57,387 bases of DNA from a virus. Taxonomy: Duplodnaviria > Caudoviricetes. Positions 9,307-17,157 of the stretch are shown piece after piece. The notes beneath the pieces were generated by a model, which was not told the DNA's origin, made no database searches, and saw only the letters and a program-made list of their open reading frames with translations. The stretch is from positions 1 to 57,387 of IMG/VR virus record IMGVR_UViG_3300044836_000005; one strand, 5' to 3'. The translations under genes were made by a program, and so were the position numbers. Within the stretch, counting starts at the first letter, position 1; each line of letters begins with the position of its first letter.

Positions 9307-10189
9307 TTAATTTTCTCCGTGTTGGTGTAGTTGATTTAGAAACGGGTCGCCTTACTGCGGTAGCAGCCGTGGCGGTTTTATTGCCTGCTCGACGTTCGGC
9401 CCTAGCTTTATCAATCTTGCCAATAATCGTTGGCACGGTTGGATTATCTACGTGATGGCCTAGTGCATGGAATCTATCTTTTGCGGTGTACTTACCTTCT
9501 TGCACGAAAAGGCACCGACGGATTTTCTTTCCTTTATTATTTGGATCATCTACTAGTGACATATAAGAAACAACATTTGCATAACCGGCAATCAATGCCG
9601 GCATGTCTTTGCCTTGAATTGCTGGCACATAAACAATTTTTCCGTCGGGATCGGTGTCGCTAATTACGTGAGCACTCATACCGAAATTAATATCTAATTC
9701 ACAAAATTGTCTGACGTACCGAGCCAGTGTATTCATATTAATTAAATACTCTCGCATTGACGGAACGAATTCTTCCTGCCGTGGATTTTGTGCAACAACG
9801 TCCCGCATGATTTCGTCAATTAAAACACGGTTTTGGAAAAGCGTTAATCCGTCCCACCAAACTAATTTATATTCGCATGTTCCTTTCGCTAGAGTTGTTT
9901 TTAAGTGTTGGTAAACTTCCTCTACCTCATCGTAGGTGATTACCGATTTGCGGTGAGCCTTGGACCCTTGAGCCTCTGCGCTCTCTGCTCCGTGGTCGGA
10001 ATCCATGATAAGCGTTGTCGGTCCGCCAGTGCCAGCCAAGACGGTTTTACCAACCCCAGGATGAGAAAAGTTCAACCAATTAATTGTTTTTAGTTGGCTC
10101 TCTGCCGTATTGAGTTGCGTTACTCCCGAAAGGGTTGACGTTGCTCTAGCTGGAATCGTTGTACCGGCTCTAGGTTTTTGTGGTGGCAT
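9299..10189 (-). CDS. AAA-24/Sak4-like recombination ATPase
   Basis: Walker A SHPGVGKT; WWDGLT Walker B; AKDR motif. Confidence 0.8.
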   Translation of the reverse strand: MPPQKPRAGTTIPARATSTLSGVTQLNTAESQLKTINWLNFSHPGVGKTVLAGTGGPTTLIMDSDHGAESAEAQGSKAHRKSVITYDEVEEVYQHLKTTLAKGTCEYKLVWWDGLTLFQNRVLIDEIMRDVVAQNPRQEEFVPSMREYLINMNTLARYVRQFCELDINFGMSAHVISDTDPDGKIVYVPAIQGKDMPALIAGYANVVSYMSLVDDPNNKGKKIRRCLFVQEGKYTAKDRFHALGHHVDNPTVPTIIGKIDKARAERRAGNKTATAATAVRRPVSKSTTPTRRKLNG

Positions 10190-11175
10190 TAGTGATTTTT
10201 TTCCTCTCGCAATTCGTGAGCGTCATAAGGATTCCACGGCTTGAATTCATAATCAAGCACTGATTCGTAATCAGCACCGATCGAGTGCAATTCACACGGA
10301 ACCTTGAAAGCGCAATATCGGTCGCAATCTTCCATAGGATTTTTATAAATATCGAAGTCATTTTTTCTAGCTGCAATGACCTCCTTAGCCTCTTGCCGAA
10401 TGCGCCCGTCAATCTCCGCTAGTTGGTTCCCACCAACGTCTAACGGTTCACGGATGAACAATGGCGACGGTTGACGCTTGGAAATTGTGCCGTCCTTATT
10501 TAGACAATATCCATCCTTGTCTTTCGGTCGATCATCCGGTAAAGCCTTGCGAGCAACGTTAAACATTACGTGGTCAATTTCCTGGCCTGGCTTGAGGATA
10601 CCGAGCCGCAAAAGTTCAAGCCGTGCCGCCCATAGGTATGCCATGCCTTGATCGCCGTATCCAGAATTAATTTTCATGTTAGGAATTTGCTTGGCGGTTT
10701 TGTGTTCGATAATGCCGATACGCTTGTTTGCTTTATTGCGATAAACAACGTCAATCTGACATACGAACGTGCAAAGATATTTGCCATTCTCATCTAAAAC
10801 GTCAATCTGAATTGACATTTCCGGAGCAATGATTTCGATATGCTTTTCTAGGCCAAAGTGATCGACGTAACCTTCGGCCATCGCCAGGCCAAGCTCTAGA
10901 GCGTCAATCTTATTTCCCTGTTCATCCCATTGGGAAAATTGACGTTTATTGGCGGTATGCCACGCTTGGAACGTCTTAGCGGGATGCGTTCCCCGCTTGG
11001 TTCCCGGTATGTACCACTCAGCCATGCCAACGTGCCAGCCGGTCCCAAAGCTCAATGCGCCTTGGTACTGCCTCGGTTGCAAGCGTCGGTCATAGTTCCA
11101 TTGCCACCGCAGACGGCAACGTCGCCAAGTTGACCGCTCTGAATTACGAAGCGGGATATCTATTCGCCGTGGCAT
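10189..11175 (-). CDS. PD-(D/E)XK (Cas4/RecB-like) exonuclease
   Basis: CRLRW, FGTGWH, QIDV, EHKT, Q..AY and C-terminal C..YCAF..PC cluster. Confidence 0.85.
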   Translation of the reverse strand: MPRRIDIPLRNSERSTWRRCRLRWQWNYDRRLQPRQYQGALSFGTGWHVGMAEWYIPGTKRGTHPAKTFQAWHTANKRQFSQWDEQGNKIDALELGLAMAEGYVDHFGLEKHIEIIAPEMSIQIDVLDENGKYLCTFVCQIDVVYRNKANKRIGIIEHKTAKQIPNMKINSGYGDQGMAYLWAARLELLRLGILKPGQEIDHVMFNVARKALPDDRPKDKDGYCLNKDGTISKRQPSPLFIREPLDVGGNQLAEIDGRIRQEAKEVIAARKNDFDIYKNPMEDCDRYCAFKVPCELHSIGADYESVLDYEFKPWNPYDAHELREEKNH

Positions 11176-11225
11176 AACATCCTTTTCATTTTTCGAAGAT
11201 TCATTAATTCGCCGTACAATTAAAA

Positions 11226-11439
11226 ACTTAGTGCAAAGTTGAAACCGACACTAAGTATCTGCCAACTAGAAATGTTCTAGGGCTTATTTCAACTCTGCTC
11301 TAAATCTTTAATGTTAAAACTCGCTAGGGCAACCGGGGGAGGTTGTTATTCCCTAGCGAGTTTTATTTTTTGCTGCGTTGCACCAACACCAGAAGGTGAC
11401 ACCATCCCGGCAGGCGTTGCAATGGAACCTGCCGGGATG
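11226..11439 (-). ncRNA. Candidate structured leader or sRNA with at least three hairpins
   Basis: Inverted repeats at 11403-11439, 11316-11364 and 11226-11256 directly downstream of the promoter at 11443-11471. Confidence 0.5.
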
Positions 11440-11442
11440 AGC

Positions 11443-11471
11443 ACTCTACCGAGCGTCGGGCCGATCGTCAA
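11443..11471 (-). promoter_or_regulatory. Sigma70/SigA-type promoter P1
   Basis: TTGACG-17 bp-TAGAGT. Confidence 0.65.
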
Positions 11472-11474
11472 CCC

Positions 11475-12041
11475 CTACGAGAAAGGATCTTCGTCTACGG
11501 TGTCCTTGGCCTTGCGACCACGCTTGGCAGCCGTGGCAGGTGCGGCCTTGGTCGCTTTGGTGGCGGCCTTGGTGCTCTTACCGGCCGGCTTGGCCTTGGT
11601 GGCGGGCACGACGTTAGCAGCCGGACGGCCACGACGCTTGGCGGGCTCCGGAGTGGGAGCGGCCTTGGCCTTCCGACCGGCCGACTTCTGCGGAGTGGCG
11701 TTGGCGGCGGCGATTTGGTTCTTGCCAGTACCGGCAGGCCGACCACGCTTCTTCGGCACGTAGCCCTCACGCTCGGCAACCGGAACATACCGGGAGCCAG
11801 CCTCAGCCCGCTCGGCCCGATGAGCCTCACGCAAAGCTCGGTATTCGTCAGACTTTTTCCAATCTTCCCGAGTGAGGTACGCCATCGTGATTACCGATGC
11901 AGCGTCCATCTGCTCAAGATCCTCGCCGTAAGTATTAAGAATCCACTCTACCTGACCTTGGTGCAACCAAGTGGCCGGACGGTTGCCCTGGCCGGTGGAC
12001 TCTTGAACTTCCTCAACTTGCTTCGCCGCTTGCTTAGCCAT
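11475..12041 (-). CDS. Histone-like basic DNA-binding protein with AT-hook motifs
   Basis: Lys/Ala/Pro-rich tail with KKRGRPA and RRGRPA; start moved to ATG 12041 (AAGGA upstream and lying downstream of promoter P2). Confidence 0.7.
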   Translation of the reverse strand: MAKQAAKQVEEVQESTGQGNRPATWLHQGQVEWILNTYGEDLEQMDAASVITMAYLTREDWKKSDEYRALREAHRAERAEAGSRYVPVAEREGYVPKKRGRPAGTGKNQIAAANATPQKSAGRKAKAAPTPEPAKRRGRPAANVVPATKAKPAGKSTKAATKATKAAPATAAKRGRKAKDTVDEDPFS

Positions 12042-12088
12042 TTTAATATTTTCCTTTGTTTGTGGGTTGGTGTTGCTTCGTTGAAAGT

Positions 12089-12118
12089 ACATTAACAAAA
12101 ACGTAGATTCCTTGTCAA
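12089..12118 (-). promoter_or_regulatory. SigA-type promoter P2
   Basis: TTGACA-18 bp-TAATGT with upstream A/T tracts. Confidence 0.75.
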
Positions 12119-12167
12119 GCGATTCCTGAAAATTTCTTTCCAGACGGTTGCCTCCCGCTACAGAACC

Positions 12168-12261
12168 ACTCTAGGGGAATAATAAAGCTTATCGCATACG
12201 TGCGTGTTCTTACGTGTGTATGCGATAAGAGAAAAAATCCTCTTAGACTACTTTTTGGTAC
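12168..12261. repeat. Dispersed hairpin element, copy B (inverted relative to 50415-50531)
   Basis: Reverse complement reads GTACCAAAAAGTAGTCTAAGAG-10 nt-12 bp hairpin-CT-6 nt-TTCCCCTAGAGT. Confidence 0.85.
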
Positions 12262-12278
12262 ACGTAGTGTATAGGAAT

Positions 12279-14189
12279 TTATAAAGAATTTCTAGCCATA
12301 ATTTTTCGGCGAACATCAAGAATTGCTAAATGGTCGTCCAATTTTTCTAAACGTGATTCGGTCACGTCTTGGTCAATCGTGTTCATGGTTGCTAATGAGC
12401 ATACCGTAACTAAAGATTTTTTGTTAGCTCGGTGCGCTCGATCTTCAAACTGGATCATTTCATCCGGCGACCACGGTTCATCGAAAGCGATTACGTGATC
12501 GGCCGCTTGCAAGTTAATGGCGACTCCGCCGGCTTGCATGGTCATAACCATAATTTGATCTTTTCCCGAATTAAAATCATTCTCTAATTTTGTTCTTTGC
12601 CCTCGTTTGTTTTCCTTGCCAGTCAAGCGAGAAACTTTAAGACCTTTCTCCAGTAGGAATTCTACAATAACAGAAACCCATTCTTCAAACTGGCTCCCGA
12701 TAATTACTTGTGTGCCGTCGTCATAGGCTCCAATTTCATCTAGCCATTCATCCATCATATCAAGTTTGCACGAATTGGTAGTGGGTAGAAGTTTTCCGTT
12801 TTTGAATTCATGCAAGCCATTAGCAAATTGCCGTAGGCGCAAAAACTCAGTAAGAATCGTCGTCGTATATGTCTCGTCGTAAGCGCCTTCGGCTTCCATG
12901 CGCCGATACTGCGCTTCCTGCTCAGGCCCCATTTTGCAAAATTTAGTAATGGGAAGTTTATTCGGCAACCACGGAGCACATTCGGCCTTGGTCCTCCGCA
13001 GAATATACGGTTGCATTTCCCTATAAAAGATGGGCTTCTTTTCTTCCAACATCGGCCCAATGACATTGCCAAATCCGTTGTTAGAAACTTCAAAATACCG
13101 GAAGACAAAATTCCAATAGGCAGTAAAAACGTCAGGCCGTAGGTACTTCAAAGTACCGTAAATGTCGTGCCCGTTCTTCTTTTTCATAGGCGTTCCGGAG
13201 AGCGCCATCCGCTTCCCGTTTGCAGCAAGTTTCAAAGAATTAATCGACCATGCGCTAACGGTTTTGTGATTACGCACATTTCCTTTATGCACTTCGTCAT
13301 TTGTGATTGTATTCCACTTGACCTGAAAAAACTCAGGATATGCATAATTGTAATGCCAATGAAAGTTTGAGCCTTTACTGCATTTACACAATTTATTTTC
13401 GTCTTTTTTAATTTCTCCTGCGGTGGCCGCTCTTGTCATCGGCCCAGTATTGGTTTTATCTTTTTGAAATCTTACCATTTCCGAATTAACTACGATCCAA
13501 GCCGGACCGTCTGTATTCATAAATTCGTCAATGATTTTTTGCCGTTGTGCTCTCGTACCGGAGCAGACGAAAACCGGGTGCGGTTGCCATTGGTTCAACT
13601 CGTTCGGCCAAGTGGTTTCTACTGCCGCCTTCGGCGCAATGACCAATTGTTTCCCGTTGTCTAGCTTCGCTTCGAAGACGATAGCAACCGTCTCGATTGT
13701 CTTCCCTAGCCCTGGCTCAAGCCCATTGAGGAAGTGCGGAGCGTCCGCCCCGTAGCGCACATCGGCGGTTTGGTAGCTACCGTGCGGAGCCGCTAGAGCC
13801 GCTTTGCGTTCCTCCGGAGTCATATGCTTAGACAACGGACCGATATAAATTGCCTCGTATAATTTAGGTAATACGTGAGGCAAGACGGTTAGCTCTGCGT
13901 GATCGGCGATCGCAATTTTACCTAATTGATCCTCTTGCCGAACCGTGACGGTTGCCCAGTCTCGCACCTTCTGCGAGAGAGTGAGCCGTGAGCCAAAAAG
14001 CTCCCGCAATAAACGACAAGTACCCATATCCTTTGGGACCGTCCAGTGCCGATCTTCGCCCCGGTTCCACTTCCGGCCGGCAACCTTCTGCATAAGTTCT
14101 ACGTCGGCCTTAAATTCCGACTCGTTGCGGAATCCGCCGAACCGTAGAGAGATACGGTCCCCTTCAATGTCTAGCAGTACATTCGCCAT
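12279..14189 (-). CDS. SNF2-family DNA helicase
   Basis: EPGLGKT, DEVH, LSGTP, LRRTK, GGVAINL, QFEDRAHR. Confidence 0.93.
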   Translation of the reverse strand: MANVLLDIEGDRISLRFGGFRNESEFKADVELMQKVAGRKWNRGEDRHWTVPKDMGTCRLLRELFGSRLTLSQKVRDWATVTVRQEDQLGKIAIADHAELTVLPHVLPKLYEAIYIGPLSKHMTPEERKAALAAPHGSYQTADVRYGADAPHFLNGLEPGLGKTIETVAIVFEAKLDNGKQLVIAPKAAVETTWPNELNQWQPHPVFVCSGTRAQRQKIIDEFMNTDGPAWIVVNSEMVRFQKDKTNTGPMTRAATAGEIKKDENKLCKCSKGSNFHWHYNYAYPEFFQVKWNTITNDEVHKGNVRNHKTVSAWSINSLKLAANGKRMALSGTPMKKKNGHDIYGTLKYLRPDVFTAYWNFVFRYFEVSNNGFGNVIGPMLEEKKPIFYREMQPYILRRTKAECAPWLPNKLPITKFCKMGPEQEAQYRRMEAEGAYDETYTTTILTEFLRLRQFANGLHEFKNGKLLPTTNSCKLDMMDEWLDEIGAYDDGTQVIIGSQFEEWVSVIVEFLLEKGLKVSRLTGKENKRGQRTKLENDFNSGKDQIMVMTMQAGGVAINLQAADHVIAFDEPWSPDEMIQFEDRAHRANKKSLVTVCSLATMNTIDQDVTESRLEKLDDHLAILDVRRKIMARNSL

Positions 14190-14195
14190 GAGAGA

Positions 14196-14224
14196 ATCTT
14201 AATCTTAGCTCTCGTCGTTGTCAA
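14196..14224 (-). promoter_or_regulatory. Promoter P3, leaderless, for the SNF2 helicase
   Basis: TTGACA-17 bp-TAAGAT-6 nt-ATG(14189). Confidence 0.8.
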
Positions 14225-14414
14225 CCTCAGCCGGGATTAAAATTTCTAAGTCGGTATCTTTGGCGTGCTCGATAGCGTGGCCTGCCCATCGGATCATCTT
14301 GCAAGCTTGGACCTTCGTAAATCCCGCCGCCATGAGAGTTTTAATAATATCAAGTTCTATGCTCAAAACTTGCTGGCGAGTATTTGACCACTGTTCCGGA
14401 GTAAAAGTTTTCAT
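14205..14414 (-). CDS. Hypothetical protein
   Basis: 69 aa; ATGA coupling with upstream ORF. Confidence 0.6.
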   Translation of the reverse strand: MKTFTPEQWSNTRQQVLSIELDIIKTLMAAGFTKVQACKMIRWAGHAIEHAKDTDLEILIPAEVDNDES

Positions 14415-14689
14415 ATGTTTTCCAATCCGTTTTTCTTGAGATTGTCGTAAGCCTTTTTAACGTTCCGATATTTTACCATTACCTCTAGCGGATCGCAAGT
14501 CGGGCTTTCAACTTCTTTAATATAATCTCCCGTCCAGTTAATGAGCACTCTGGCTCGACGTAAGTCGGCCTTTACCTTGACCAATTCTTTATTACGGTCA
14601 ATTTTCATTTTCGGCGGATCACCTGCCTTAGCTCTTGAATACTTAATCTTACTGCGTGGTTCCCCTTGTGTCCAGCGAACCGCCGACAA
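14411..14689 (-). CDS. Hypothetical protein
   Basis: 92 aa ORF filling the gap in the minus-strand operon; start uncertain. Confidence 0.55.
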   Translation of the reverse strand: MSAVRWTQGEPRSKIKYSRAKAGDPPKMKIDRNKELVKVKADLRRARVLINWTGDYIKEVESPTCDPLEVMVKYRNVKKAYDNLKKNGLENI

Positions 14690-14726
14690 ATTCTACGATT
14701 TTTCCCGAACCTCTTGCCGCACCTGT

Positions 14727-15386
14727 TCATGCTGGCACCATTTCCACTTCGCAAGCATCTTCCATACAAATTACGTCAATGTTTTCTCTGCGGTGGTGGA
14801 TTGTGAAGCCACAACTAGGGCAAATGAATTTGTTTAGTTTACGTGGTTTAGGCTTTTCAGCTTGTCCCGGCAACTTAAATTGTGCCAACAAATCAGTTAG
14901 GTCGGAATTCTCGCTTACCCAATCGTGCCATACCTCCGTGTGGTCTACGTGGTTGCCTTTCCGGCCGCTAGTGATAATCCCGTAGTTACCCATTTTGTTA
15001 TGAAATTCGTCAGTATGGAAATTGCGTTTACATGGTCGGCCGACAAATGTTTGCCACATATGCACCACTTCATGTATCGCCGTTTCTGCAGCTTGCATAC
15101 CGTTCTCGTGTGCATACGGATTTAAGTTAATTCGGTTGACCATCCGGTAACCGTCTTGGCTCTGATAAAAGCCCATTCTAGAGCTTGAATCTTTATCCAT
15201 AGAAATTACTGGATAAGGAAAATTCCTTTCATCATAAAATCTGTCGATGGTTCGGTCAACGAATTCATGTAGAAGCTTAAAGAATAAACCTAGCTCTTTA
15301 TCCTGCTCTTGGAATGCCCTAAGATTTTGCGTTAATTGAGCAGCGCTAATATTAGCGATTGTTTTCCCAGATTTTTTTGTCGGCAC
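14727..15386 (-). CDS. SprT-like zinc metalloprotease
   Basis: HEVVH zincin motif, downstream H..EF, C-terminal CPSC...C....C zinc ribbon. Confidence 0.8.
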   Translation of the reverse strand: MPTKKSGKTIANISAAQLTQNLRAFQEQDKELGLFFKLLHEFVDRTIDRFYDERNFPYPVISMDKDSSSRMGFYQSQDGYRMVNRINLNPYAHENGMQAAETAIHEVVHMWQTFVGRPCKRNFHTDEFHNKMGNYGIITSGRKGNHVDHTEVWHDWVSENSDLTDLLAQFKLPGQAEKPKPRKLNKFICPSCGFTIHHRRENIDVICMEDACEVEMVPA

Positions 15387-15594
15387 GGTCCCTCACAATC
15401 CTAAAGATTTCGATTTGCGGAATATGTGTAATAATTCCAAGGGCAATAATTATTGTTCTAACTTTAACGTCATTCTCAATTTTTTCTTTATTGGTAGTTT
15501 TAGATGATCGACTCTCTATCAAATAATGTTGCGCTAATGTTAACAATTCTTCGACTTCCGGAGCTTTCAGGGTTGCTAGTGGGTTGGTTGCCAT
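15352..15594 (-). CDS. Hypothetical protein
   Basis: 80 aa; GAAGGA upstream of ATG. Confidence 0.6.
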   Translation of the reverse strand: MATNPLATLKAPEVEELLTLAQHYLIESRSSKTTNKEKIENDVKVRTIIIALGIITHIPQIEIFRIVRDRADKKIWENNR

Positions 15595-15686
15595 CGGTAA
15601 ATCCTTCGATCCTGCTAGGTAGGTGAATTTTGTACGCTCTCGCTAAGGCTGGCGGCCGGTTACCGCCAACCTTGCGAAACAATGAC

Positions 15687-16316
15687 TCAGAGCGTCCGGC
15701 AGTGCGGACCCATTCCAGCCGCCCGGCTCGCATCATCGGTCAAGTGCCGATTGCATCGGTAGCAACGGCCAATTTCGGTTGCGTAAAGCATTCCAGCGGC
15801 CTTGACGCCATAGTCTTCGATCCTGCGGAGCACTCGCCCTACATCGGCCTTGCGGACCGGCAAATCGGCATGACCGCCGACCACTCGCTTAAGGAAGGTG
15901 TATCCACTCCACTTGCCATCGGTCGGCCGCTGAATCATAAAGAAATCAAGATCATTATTGCCGGTCACGCTTGGTACTGCGTAGTAACCCTCTGGCACTA
16001 CTGCGGAGGTAGGATCGGCGGAGGTTTCACGCTTCGGAAGCTCAAGCAATTTCTTAATCAAATCGCTTGCATTTTGACTGGTCAGCCGATCTACCGGAGC
16101 GAAAATCATTTCGTCTGTCATCCGGTCAACTCGCAAATTTGCAATAAATTCGATTTGCTTTTCCGACGCCATCCGGACCGGAGCAACCGGAGTGCTCTCG
16201 ATAGTGGCAACCGCTGCATACTCGCTAACGGTTACTCCCTTGTGGCAATCCCGAACCTCGTTGACCGAACCGTGGAATCCCTGGCAGTTTCCGCACTTAA
16301 TGATTGTCATGGTCAT
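15687..16316 (-). CDS. DUF6011-like zinc-binding protein
   Basis: C-terminal CYRCNRHLTDDASRAAGMGPHC; internal VPEGYYAV. Confidence 0.75.
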   Translation of the reverse strand: MTMTIIKCGNCQGFHGSVNEVRDCHKGVTVSEYAAVATIESTPVAPVRMASEKQIEFIANLRVDRMTDEMIFAPVDRLTSQNASDLIKKLLELPKRETSADPTSAVVPEGYYAVPSVTGNNDLDFFMIQRPTDGKWSGYTFLKRVVGGHADLPVRKADVGRVLRRIEDYGVKAAGMLYATEIGRCYRCNRHLTDDASRAAGMGPHCRTL

Positions 16317-16347
16317 TTTTCATCCTTCATGTTTCGCCGTTGAAAGT

Positions 16348-16377
16348 ACCTTACCGGATATCCCGTAGAGCCGTCAA
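16348..16377 (-). promoter_or_regulatory. Promoter P4
   Basis: TTGACG-18 bp-TAAGGT followed by ACTTTCAAC, as in P2. Confidence 0.7.
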
Positions 16378-16398
16378 GCCCTACCGGAAAATTTCTTT

Positions 16399-16671
16399 TC
16401 AATCGTTCCAGTTGAACGAGGCAAGCGGAGCGTTAGAGCCAACCGCAGTGAGGTAGATCGGATGAACGGTGCCCGTTCCAGCTTCCGACCAATTTGCACG
16501 CTCCGTAGCGTCGATGAGGCTAAAGAACCGCTCAGGCGTCATTTCGGCCAAGCTCACCAAAATCACATCGGTGTCCAACTTAGCAAGCACATTGACGAGA
16601 GTGCGGAGTGCAACTCCGGAACCATCGTAAGCGTAGGTGTATCGGGCTTGAGTGGGGCGGGTGGTTTCCAT
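16399..16671 (-). CDS. Hypothetical protein, leaderless
   Basis: 90 aa; ATG 6 nt after the -10 of P5. Confidence 0.75.
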   Translation of the reverse strand: METTRPTQARYTYAYDGSGVALRTLVNVLAKLDTDVILVSLAEMTPERFFSLIDATERANWSEAGTGTVHPIYLTAVGSNAPLASFNWND

Positions 16672-16677
16672 GCCTTC

Positions 16678-16705
16678 AATCTACTACGGGATATCCAGAA
16701 GTCAA
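16678..16705 (-). promoter_or_regulatory. Promoter P5, leaderless
   Basis: TTGACT-16 bp-TAGATT-6 nt-ATG. Confidence 0.7.
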
Positions 16706-16737
16706 TACAATTTCTAAAGAAATTCGGGATGAATCTG

Positions 16738-16800
16738 AAAAAATTTAAGGGGTCGGTTCGGCCCTCCCTCACCAGCGGTCCCGCCGTGTCAGCCCTTGAT
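16738..16800 (-). ncRNA. Candidate small RNA of about 63 nt
   Basis: Follows promoter P6 with no ATG; GC-rich; AAGGG/CCCTT end pairing; ends in a T6 tract. Confidence 0.5.
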
Positions 16801-16807
16801 AAACTTA

Positions 16808-16836
16808 AGATTACCTGACACCTTCCCAGGTGTCAA
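16808..16836 (-). promoter_or_regulatory. Promoter P6 with overlapping palindrome
   Basis: TTGACA-17 bp-TAATCT; perfect inverted repeat TGACACCT-N4-AGGTGTCA at 16816-16835. Confidence 0.75.
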
Positions 16837-16851
16837 GCAATTTCTTAAGAT

Positions 16852-17022
16852 TTAACCTTCGCCTTCGGTCAACTCGTACCACTTGGCTCCGAGCCGCCTA
16901 CCATCGGCCAGCACTAGCTCGCAATCGAAGTAGGTCGTATCGGTGCGTTGTGAACGCTCTACCGTTCCAACGAAACCGGCATGGTCTGTGAAGTGTGCGG
17001 TAACTCCGTAGGTGTTTTCCAT
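16852..17022 (-). CDS. Small hypothetical protein (56 aa, not in the ORF track), leaderless
   Basis: MENTYGVTAHFTDHAGFVGTVERSQRTDTTYFDCELVLADGRRLGAKWYELTEGEG; ATG 6 nt after the -10 of P7. Confidence 0.7.
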   Translation of the reverse strand: MENTYGVTAHFTDHAGFVGTVERSQRTDTTYFDCELVLADGRRLGAKWYELTEGEG

Positions 17023-17028
17023 GCCTGT

Positions 17029-17057
17029 ATCTAACCACGCTGGCCGAAAACTGTCAA
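17029..17057 (-). promoter_or_regulatory. Promoter P7, leaderless
   Basis: TTGACA-17 bp-TTAGAT with extended TG, then 6 nt and ATG. Confidence 0.7.
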
Positions 17058-17077
17058 GCGATTTCTAAAGATTTTCT

Positions 17078-17153
17078 TGGTGTCCCTAGTCGGATTCGAA
17101 CCGACACTGAAACGATTTTAAGTCGTTTGCCTCTGCCGTTGGGCTATAGGGAC
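17078..17153 (-). tRNA. tRNA-Leu(TAA)
   Basis: Acceptor GTCCCTA/TAGGGAC; anticodon arm AACGA-CTTAAAA-TCGTT; TTCGAAT T-loop; encoded CCA; short variable loop. Confidence 0.93.
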
Positions 17154-17157
17154 TAAG

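Noticed and set aside
10189-11175. Cas4-like nuclease as evidence of a CRISPR-Cas system
   Set aside because: No other cas genes or array seen; it sits in a standard nuclease, ATPase and SSB recombination module
15630-16343. 237-aa plus-strand ORF and the many other antisense ORFs in the track
   Set aside because: Shadows of well-supported minus-strand genes, with no motifs or expression signals
16563-16772. 69-aa minus-strand ORF after promoter P6
   Set aside because: GTG start buried in structure; runs through a T tract and promoter P5 and overlaps the next gene
16340-17080. Recurrent TGTCAAG...ATTTC motifs as a CRISPR array
   Set aside because: Irregular spacing and degenerate copies; they resolve as -35 boxes with upstream A/T tracts
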